Shown here piece by piece: positions 55,901 to 64,000 of a DNA stretch of 64,000 bases. The translations under genes and the position numbers were made by a program. Every line of letters begins with the position of its first letter. The first letter of the stretch is position 1. The notes below the pieces were generated by a model. That model ran no database searches. It worked only from the letters and a program-made list of their open reading frames with translations, and was not told the origin of the DNA. The stretch comes from Minutocellus sp. GHC0000111 (lineage: Eukaryota): the NCBI GenBank assembly GCA_977018835.1, contig OZ361261.1:744001-808000 (forward strand), given 5' to 3'.

Positions 55901-58504
55901 ATGGGAGCCTCCGGTGACGGCCCCGACGGGCCCAAGGCCAACGGCACCGAATCGGCGGCGGCGTCGTCCAACGGCACATCCGCCGCCACCGGCAGCGGCG
56001 GTGGAAAAAATACCAATGCCGCCCTGGCCACCCTGCTGCGCGACTGTGCGTACCACGTCGAGCGCGATCAGTTCCATCCCGTGCTGTACCAGGCCTTGGC
56101 CCAGCTCCATGCCTACACCGGCGAGCACGCCAGCCAAACTCCCAGCCCTCCCCCTCCCGCCGGGTATCATGCCAAGTCTGCGGCAGGAGCAGGAGGAGCA
56201 ACGACGAATGGCACAGCAGCAGCCGGTCCCAAGCCGTCCAAGGCTGCGGCGGCTGCGACTGCTGCAAATCATCAGCGCAAGACATCCGGCGGCGATGGAT
56301 CCGCTGTCCCGCCCGCGGCATCGTTCGAATCTGCCGGCGCCGGCGCAGGCGCGGGCCGCACCCGCGAGGAGGAGGACTACCTCAAGGACATCAAGAAGGA
56401 GTTCAAGGCCATCGGGAAGCAGTTCAAAAAGTTCGGCGTCGGACTTACCGGCAGCACCCCCGCCAAGCCCGGTCATCGCGGTGGCGACGCCGACCAGACC
56501 ATGGGCGACGATACCCTGGACCATCTGAGGGATGCCGCCCGCTGGACGCACGACAGCAGCGAGTGGTGCGAGAAGCACTTTTGCATGGGCTGCGGCTGCA
56601 AGAACGGGGCCGCCTGGGGCGCGTCCAGCGGACCTCGGCGGAGGGCGGCCCCGTCGGCGGAGGAGGCGGGTGGCGGTGCTGGTGGCAAGCCAGAGTCGGC
56701 CCCTTCGGCTGGAGCCGCAACGGCAACAGCGGCTGGCTCGGCTGCCGCGGCGCATGCCGATGCTGCCAAGGGTGGAGCCGGTACTGCCGCCTCGGCCCCG
56801 TCCAGGCCACCGGCCAAACCCTGCTTCCACCGGCCCAACAACCCCAACTCCAACCTCATCGCCAACGGCTGGATCGAGCAGCAGCGCCGGCCCAAGATGC
56901 GCATCGTGTGGAAGGACATACTGGCCTCCCTCGTCGAGGGCCGTCGGCCCGGGGAGGAGACCACCCTGTGGATTCAGCGGCAGATCACCAACGCCGCCAC
57001 CGGCAAGGCCGAGTTGGAGGCGTTGCACCAGATCCCCATGAAGTGGTTGGAGGACGTCAACTACCTGGACTTCTACGGCGACTACCGCTTCAGCCTCAAG
57101 ATCTACAACGTGGCCGATGAGTTCCAGTTCCGGACCAGCGACGAGGTCAGCGCCAAGAATTGGGTCGCGACGCTCGTGAGGGTGCGGGATGCAAGCCTGG
57201 GCAAGGCGCGGAATGCCAATGCCAATACCGCCGGTCCGACGGCGCAGGAGGCCAAGAGTATGAACCCCCTGGATGATTGGGGCAATGAAGGTCAGCAGCA
57301 GCAGGCTCCTCAACCCGCGGCGGCGGCGCGGACGGCATCGTCCGAGACGGCGGCCAGTGGTGGCGGTGCCAGCAGCGATGGTGGAAGTGCCAATGCCGCA
57401 ACTGCTGCCCCCGAGGCTGCACCGTCGAGCGGTGGAGCGCCTACGCGCATGTCCATCAAGGAGCTTCGCGCTATTTGCCACGGTGCTGGGATCAACACGT
57501 ACGGGATGGAACGCGCGGATCTGGAGCGCATTGCCGCGAGGATTGGTGGTACGACGTCGCCGTCCACGGCGCCGGCACAGCAGCAGCCCCAACCATCTGC
57601 TGCCGCCGCACCGGCGTCGGGCAATAGCGATGCCGACGCTGCCGCGAGGCAGCAGCAGGACGCGGCTGCTCGGGCTGCGGCTGTGGAGAAAAGTCGACAG
57701 GAAGCAGCCGCAGCACGGCAGGCTGCGGCGGCTGAGAGGCAAAGACAGGAGCAAGAGGCCCTTCGCATTCGGCAAGAGCAATGGGCACGGCAGCAGGAGG
57801 CGCAGGCTCGGGCGGCGGCAGAGGCAAAGCAAAGGGAGGAGGCAGCCGCGGCGGCTCGGGCGGCGGAACAGCAGCGCCAGTGGCAAGCACAACAACAAGC
57901 GTGGCAGCAACAGCAGGCTCAGCAACAACAGTGGCAACAGCAGCAAGCGCAGCAGCAGGCACATGCTCAACAAGCGTGGCAGCAGGCCCAGCAACAGGCT
58001 CCACCACCGCCGCCCCCTCCTGGTGCTCCTGGTGGACCGCAATTCCACCAGCAACCCGGACCGCAATCCCCAGTGAATATGAAGTACTCGAAAATGACGG
58101 AAGAGCAGACAGAGGAGGCAGAGCAGGCCTCTATTACCCGTATCAAGCGAGAGATCCTCATCAACTGGGCTCTTGTCCCCCCTCAATATCAGATGCTCCG
58201 TCCGATCAATCAGCTCATTGTATCGATCCACAACTCATTCCCACCGGCACATGGAGTTGCCTCTCATGACTACTTTGCCAAATGGAAGCCGATAACGCCC
58301 GATTCCATCTCGAACAATAACCATCCCGACGATGAAAAGATCAAGAAGGCCGTGCGCAAGGTTCGGTTCTTCCTCCACCCCGACAAGCTGCCCCGCGACC
58401 TCAATGCCGAGCAGTCCTTCATGTGCCGCATGCTTTGGGACGTGACGTCGGATTCCTGGGAGGAGCATCTGAAGCAAAAGGACGAGTTGGATTGGATCAA
58501 GTAG
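55901..58504 (+). CDS. Auxilin-like C-terminal J-domain protein with PH-like domain and Ala/Gln-rich coil
   Basis: KIKKAVRKVRFFLHPDKLP J-domain HPD motif; PH-like IANGWIEQQ...FQFRT...AKNWVATL. Confidence 0.8.
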   Translation: MGASGDGPDGPKANGTESAAASSNGTSAATGSGGGKNTNAALATLLRDCAYHVERDQFHPVLYQALAQLHAYTGEHASQTPSPPPPAGYHAKSAAGAGGATTNGTAAAGPKPSKAAAAATAANHQRKTSGGDGSAVPPAASFESAGAGAGAGRTREEEDYLKDIKKEFKAIGKQFKKFGVGLTGSTPAKPGHRGGDADQTMGDDTLDHLRDAARWTHDSSEWCEKHFCMGCGCKNGAAWGASSGPRRRAAPSAEEAGGGAGGKPESAPSAGAATATAAGSAAAAHADAAKGGAGTAASAPSRPPAKPCFHRPNNPNSNLIANGWIEQQRRPKMRIVWKDILASLVEGRRPGEETTLWIQRQITNAATGKAELEALHQIPMKWLEDVNYLDFYGDYRFSLKIYNVADEFQFRTSDEVSAKNWVATLVRVRDASLGKARNANANTAGPTAQEAKSMNPLDDWGNEGQQQQAPQPAAAARTASSETAASGGGASSDGGSANAATAAPEAAPSSGGAPTRMSIKELRAICHGAGINTYGMERADLERIAARIGGTTSPSTAPAQQQPQPSAAAAPASGNSDADAAARQQQDAAARAAAVEKSRQEAAAARQAAAAERQRQEQEALRIRQEQWARQQEAQARAAAEAKQREEAAAAARAAEQQRQWQAQQQAWQQQQAQQQQWQQQQAQQQAHAQQAWQQAQQQAPPPPPPPGAPGGPQFHQQPGPQSPVNMKYSKMTEEQTEEAEQASITRIKREILINWALVPPQYQMLRPINQLIVSIHNSFPPAHGVASHDYFAKWKPITPDSISNNNHPDDEKIKKAVRKVRFFLHPDKLPRDLNAEQSFMCRMLWDVTSDSWEEHLKQKDELDWIK

Positions 58505-58813
58505 TAATAGATCCATCGACGTGATTTTGCGGTGGCGATGGTGTAGGAAGAGTTACTCTCACTCGAACACAGATACCGCATTTTACAGATTTGTTATTCG
58601 CTTTCTTCTTTTAGCACAGGTACATAATTTTTGTGTGTAGTCGTGTCTTATGTTAATACGAGGCACATTTATGATCTGCGTATGCATTGCTACTATCGGC
58701 ATTACTAATGAACTCGATGGAGGCACCTCTGCTCTTCCAACTTTGGTCCTTTGATCCATAAAATACATGTCATGTAAGTGAGTCGATTGTGGGGGTGCCA
58801 ACATTTATTGGCT

Positions 58814-59641
58814 CTAAGCACTGAAAAACGAAGGGGGGAGTGTGACAGGGAGCGGATATCTGTTATCACCAGCAAACATTCGATGAAGAGGGTTGTCATG
58901 GGAGCGATATTGGGCGCGGCTCTCAGCGCTTTCCTGAAAGAGAAGCGTTTCACGCAACTGTTCGAGAGTGAAACGCTTATTGCCTTTATCAGACAACGCC
59001 GGGCCATTTTGCAATGAGAGCCTATCAAATTCTACATTGGATGATCTCAGTGGTCCAAGAGTTGTGGGGCAATAACTCAGGACGCAAGGTCCCCGAGGTG
59101 CCTTGTTTTGAACATCTCTAGGAACCTTGTTGATCTCGTAGCTAGGTAGATTCATCTTGATGGACAGGGCGGTACGATTGATGGGAGAGGTTTCGTCGGC
59201 GGCGTCAAAAAACAGAATGAAGTCTGGTTTCGCGGATCCTGGACCTTCTACACCAGTGAAGCGCTGAAGGTCGTTGTATCCAAGTTTCCGGCGAAGATAC
59301 TCAACTTTACTTTGTCCTCGTCCTGGCCAGTCGGTGAATGAGTGCACGGGGATCGAATCAACGCCGTCGGGACGAGGCCAAAAGACTACGTGTTGATAAA
59401 GGCGCGCACTCGCAAATCCAGGGTCAGATGGCTGAACAATCGAATCCTGGCTGATGTTTTCTGGCTTTACTCCCACGGAGGCGTTCGTGCCCTGAGACTT
59501 GACAACATGGTATCTTCCAGTTCCCTCGTTGAACCGTTTGACGACGCCGAGAGATCCGTTGAGTGAGGCTGTGCGAAGGCCCGTGAGCTTGACAACCGAG
59601 CCCGGCTTAATCGCCACGTTGCTCCCAGTATCTTTCGCCAT
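58814..59641 (-). CDS. Hypothetical protein
   Basis: 275-aa ORF from ATG; N-terminal GSVVKLTGL...LNGSLGVV...GRYHV...VKPENI small beta-barrel-like motif. Confidence 0.65.
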   Translation of the reverse strand: MAKDTGSNVAIKPGSVVKLTGLRTASLNGSLGVVKRFNEGTGRYHVVKSQGTNASVGVKPENISQDSIVQPSDPGFASARLYQHVVFWPRPDGVDSIPVHSFTDWPGRGQSKVEYLRRKLGYNDLQRFTGVEGPGSAKPDFILFFDAADETSPINRTALSIKMNLPSYEINKVPRDVQNKAPRGPCVLSYCPTTLGPLRSSNVEFDRLSLQNGPALSDKGNKRFTLEQLRETLLFQESAESRAQYRSHDNPLHRMFAGDNRYPLPVTLPPSFFSA

Positions 59642-59849
59642 TTTCGAGCATGTATCGATTGGCAGTTGAATGAATTGTGATCATTGATCGACCGATTGAT
59701 GTTGATCGTTGTCATTGGCACGCTCGTTTCGATTTCGAGTTCTCGTTTTGGCATTATCACAACCACGAATTTTGGGTAAGAAGACTTTCAGAGGAATCTA
59801 CACGACCAACGGAAGTGCAATCATCACCGACAAACTTCAAGAGCGCAAA

Positions 59850-59911
59850 CGCACATCGCATCGCATCGAACAATCGACGGCGCACATCGCATCGCATCGA
59901 ACAATCGACGG
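59850..59911. repeat. Perfect 31-bp tandem duplication in a divergent promoter region
   Basis: cgcacatcgcatcgcatcgaacaatcgacgg x2. Confidence 0.9.
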
Positions 59912-60491
59912 CGGTGGACGATTGCCTCATACTAGCTAGTATCATCGTGCCCGGTATCGCTCGGTAGTCGAAACATAAATCCAAAAGCACAGGCATAAAT
60001 AGCACACCATGCCACCGCGAGCGGAAGATCACATCGCCAGCAGCGGGGGTGGAATGAGACGGTCCGAGTCGGAGGCGTCCTTCGTCTCGGTACCCGAGGA
60101 TGGTCCGGTAAAGGACTACCGAGACTACCGCGTCCGGAAGTCCAGCTTGATCGGGTGAGTTTTGACGTGCGCATGAGTGGAAATTTGTGGTGGTTATGTG
60201 TATCTTTTGCCTCGTACTTTTAGCGCTTGCTTTCCATGCATTCGTATTCCTCGTGATGCCTGCTGCCTGCCTCTGCCACACAGGCGAGCTGATCTCGCCT
60301 CTGCTTGACACTGCTGAGGCCTGAAGGCAGTATTTTGGTCGAGACACAGATGCAGATTGCGAGAAGGCCCGTTTTGTGGCCCGACTGGGAAATGCAATTC
60401 TGAGTCACTTTCTCACACCCACTCTCTCATTATTCCAACAACAACACTATCGTCGTGATATCGAAAACACACACACAATACAATTTACATT

Positions 60492-62191
60492 ATGTTACCA
60501 CTCTTCTCGACGCTCCTCATCCATCCCAATGCCATCCCTCGGGCTGTGACGCGCAGGATGGTCAACTGGACACATGTGTTCGGCACATATCTGCCTCTCC
60601 TTTTGACGATGGGCGTGTTTGTTCTGATCGGGCTGGTGATTTGGCAAGTCGTTATGGACATTGTAGACAAGGCCGGTGACGCCGACGTCAAGCTCTCCCT
60701 GGACACCGTCTTCCTCGTCGTTACGGCCATCAAGGATCTGCTCCTTCGCGTGGTCGATCAGATCCTGCACATTCGCAAGGAGGCCCTGTTTTCCCCCGCC
60801 GTCGAGACCACCGCAGTCGTGCTTGTGGTGATGGCCTGGCTCCTTCGGATGGACAATCCCATCTACCTCCTGTCCTTCGCCACCTACAAGGCTCCCGATA
60901 GCTGGAAGGTGTCGCAGGCACAGATTGTTGAAATGATGCGCCGGCAGGAGTGCTTCACCGAGGACAGCATCGACTTTATGAAGCGTCTCTTGGAGCGGTC
61001 CGGGACTGGGCAGTCCACCGCCTGGCCTCCGGGCATCGTCCAGTGCCTCGAGGATGGCAAGAAGACCGATCGGTCCATGGAGGCAAGCCGAAAGGAGGCC
61101 GAGACCGTGATCTTTGACATTGTGGAGAATGCTCTGCGCAAGGCCAACGTCAAGCCGAAGGAGATTGATGTGCTGGTTATCAACTGCTCTCTGTTCTCGC
61201 CGACGCCGTCCCTCTGTGCCATGGTGATTTCCAAGTTTGGTCTTCGGGGAGATGTCCTCAGTTACAACCTTTCGGGTATGGGATGTGGTGCCTCTCTCAT
61301 CAGTGTTGATCTTGCAAAGAATCTGCTTCAGCGTCGTCGGTCTGGTGGCAAGGCATTGGTCGTGTCGACAGAGATCATCACTCCCAACCTGTACCATGGC
61401 AATGAGCGCGGCTTTTTGCTCCAGAACACTCTCTTCCGTTGCGGTGGTGCTGCCATGGTCCTATCGAACAAGTGGAGCGACGGCCGGAGGGCATGGTACA
61501 AGCTCCTTCACACCGTTCGCGTTCAGGGTACCACCGAGGAGGCATACAACTGTGTGTATGAAACCGAGGACAAGGACGGTGAACGTGGAGTGCGGCTGTC
61601 CAAGGAGATTGTCAAGGTCGCTGGCAAATGCATGGAGAAGAATATGACCATGATTGGCCCGTACGTCCTGCCACTGAGCGAACAGTTCAAGGTGGTAATA
61701 TCTCTAATTGGCCGATTTGTCACCAAGAGTCTCAAGAAGATGCTCGGTGGTGGAGCGGCCAATGAAAAGATTGCCGATAAGATCCCAAATATTCGGCCAT
61801 ATGTTCCCGACTTCAAGCGTGGCATTGATCACTTTTGCATCCATGCCGGTGGAAGAGCTGTGATTGATGGTAAGTTTATTTGGAAGTGACCGATGTCGGC
61901 TGTTGATTTTGTCTTGAGCCATTGAAGTTCTGTGTCTTACCAACCCGTTTCTACTTCCCTTCTTTCTCTGCAGGCATTGAGAAGAACATGAAGCTGGAGC
62001 TCTTCCACACGGAGCCATCGCGTATGGCCCTGTTGAATTATGGAAACACCAGTTCCTCGTCCATCTGGTATGAGCTCGAATATATCCAGGAGCACCAAAA
62101 GACCAATCCCCTCAAGAAGGGACATCGGATCATGCAGGTTGCATTTGGATCCGGATTCAAGTGCACGTCGGGCGTCTGGTTGAAGTTGTGA
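60492..62191 (+). CDS. KCS: 3-ketoacyl-CoA synthase (FAE1/KCS-type very-long-chain fatty acid condensing enzyme); 2 exons
   Basis: NCSLFSPTPSL, NLSGMGC, NTLFRCGGAA, HFCIHAGGRAVID|GIEKN, YGNTSSSSIWYEL, AFGSGFKC. Intron 61870-61973 (GTAAG...GCAG). Confidence 0.93.
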
Positions 62192-62510
62192 GCAGCAGCT
62201 GAAAAGAAATGTGATGAGTGAGAGATGAATGATGCGAGAAGCTAATAGATCTAGCTCGACTAGATAAGAAGCAGGTAAATCCCTCTATAAAGATTGAGTT
62301 ATTCCAAAGGACGGCTTGTAGATCTACCGTGGTGGCAGTGGTTGGTTGCTGTTCCATTTCTCTTTTCCATGCTCGCTCGTTGACGATTTCGTCCTCTCGT
62401 CTCGCTCGACTGGCTCTTCGATTAGGCTCATAACCTAATAAACCAGATCTTCATCGGCTGACTTGCTTCGTTCGTCATCGGCGCCGCCATATTCCAACGA
62501 AAATTCAACG

Positions 62511-64000
62511 ATGTTCCTCAAGAAGCTCGCTTGTGCCGCCCTATTTGCGGCAGCACCATCTGCTGCCTTCACGGGCATGCCCACTGTTGCCAGGGTGAGT
62601 CCTCGACCGTTCTCTGCATCGGGAATTTCCGAGTGGCGCAACTTGATTTTGGCGACAGAATTGGCACATAGCAAACTGGAGGATTGGATCGTCGGATGAT
62701 GTGTTGATTTGGAGTTCTCATCGTCCGGCTCCAATCTCGCGTGTATCTGAAATTCATTTCACTGACCCTCTTTGATTTTTCTCCCTCCATTTTGATGTGT
62801 GACTGCGATGGTGGTGCAGAGAACTTCCTCTTTGTCGATGGCACGTGCGGCCCCGACGACCATCAAGGTTGGTATCTTTGGCGGTGGCACAGTCGGTGGT
62901 GGCATCGTCGACATTCTCGACAAGAAGGCAGACTACTTCACCAGCCTCACCGGTCACAAGATCGAGGTCCGAAAGATCTGCGTGCGCGATGCCTCCAAGC
63001 CCCGTGACTTTGAGGTCCCCTCCCACGCCTCCATCGTCACTTCGTACGATGACATTTTGGACGATCCCGAGATCGATATGGTCGTCGAGGTGATGGGCGG
63101 TACTACCGATGCCAAGGATGTGGTGTATGATGCCCTCCGAAAGGGCAAGGATGTCGTCACGGCCAACAAGGCCCTGATTGCTGCCCACCTGCCCGAGATT
63201 GAGGGAGTTTTGGACGAGGTCAACGACGGCAAGAGTCCGGAAGATGAAGTTGAGTTCCGTTACGAGGCTGCCGTATGCGGTGGCATTCCCATCATCCGAT
63301 CGCTCCAATCCGATTTCGTCGGTGATGAGATTACCATGATGAGCGGCATTATCAACGGATGTACCAACTTCATGCTCACGGCCATGGACCGCGATGGCAA
63401 GAGCTACGAGGAGGCTCTCGCCGAGGCATCTGAACTGGGTTATGCCGAGGCCGATCCCACTCTCGACGTTGGAGGTTTCGATGCCCGATCCAAGCTTCGT
63501 ATCTTGATGAGACTTGCCTTTGGTGTGGAGGTCGATGAGGATGTCATCTCGTGCCGTGGTATTACGGAGCTTACCAAGGTCGACTTTGAATACGCAAAGA
63601 TGCTCGGAGGTACCATCAAGCTTTTGGGCGTTACCAAGCGTGTTTCCGAGGGCAAGGTCACTGCCTTCGTTTCGCCCTGCTATGTTACCGCCGATGACTC
63701 CCTTTCGTCGGTGAACGATGCCACCAATGCCGTGGAGGTCATTTCCAACAACCTCATCTCCTCCACCTACATTGGACAGGGCGCTGGTCGGTACCCCACT
63801 GCCAACAGTTGCATCAATGATGTCATCGCCTTGGCAAAGAACGACCAGACTCCCCTCCCCTTCAACCCCGGTAGCGATGATGAGATGGTGGGCAACTTTG
63901 AGTCCGTCTTCTACCTTCGTCTGAAGTACAAGGACATGTTGGGTATTACTCGTCAATGCGGTGAGGTCTGCGAAAAGCACGGCGTCAGCATCCACTCCAT
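62511..64000 (+). CDS. hom: Homoserine dehydrogenase, plastid-targeted; 2 exons, runs off the window end
   Basis: Exon 1 62511-62594 (signal ending SAA-FTG), intron 62595-62819, exon 2 from 62820: KVGIFGGGTVG, VVTANKAL, YEAAVCGGIPII, GIINGCTNF, LGYAEADPTLDVGGFDARSK. Sense frame absent from the ORF track because it has no stop in the window. Confidence 0.92.

Noticed and set aside
55745..58231. 828-aa antisense ORF
   Set aside because: Shadow of the GC-rich, low-complexity J-domain gene; no domain of its own.
62690..62765. Possible intronic C/D snoRNA in the hom intron (ATGATGT...CTGA)
   Set aside because: C box imperfect, and no terminal stem or rRNA guide could be identified.
62754..63995. 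413-aa minus-strand ORF
   Set aside because: Antisense shadow of homoserine dehydrogenase, whose motifs are on the plus strand.

Overview
Gene-dense eukaryotic nuclear DNA, most likely from a diatom or another photosynthetic stramenopile. The evidence is short GT-AG introns and several signal-peptide + ASAFAP-like bipartite plastid-targeting N-termini. The window opens inside a decayed Tc1/mariner-type element (DD38D-like transposase plus a convergent second ORF). About 30 protein-coding loci follow: a PstS-like phosphate-binding protein, an S1 RNA-binding protein, HCF164 thioredoxin, a GNAT, a soluble transhydrogenase-like flavoprotein, a GH16 glucanase, truncated PUS7, PP1, PrimPol, an EF-hand CorA, a large SNF2-like/C2H2/AP2/FHA protein, a PFG-repeat protein, ankyrin proteins, a histidine phosphatase, plastid IF3, a fused FetB/FetA-type ABC transporter, a J-domain protein, KCS and homoserine dehydrogenase. 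Most notable: (1) an apparently plastid-targeted Gly/Ser PFG-repeat protein with repeated C-terminal KYxTLD motifs, a candidate condensate scaffold; (2) a TAGCTACGTA 10-mer found 11 times, always outside or at the edge of coding sequence; (3) a junction near 19668 joining the 3' halves of two divergent genes; (4) many gene lesions (frameshifts, an in-frame stop, a missing start codon), pointing to either assembly error or a decaying haplotype. No tRNA, rRNA or CRISPR array was recognised. All product calls come from motif recognition by eye, with no database search.
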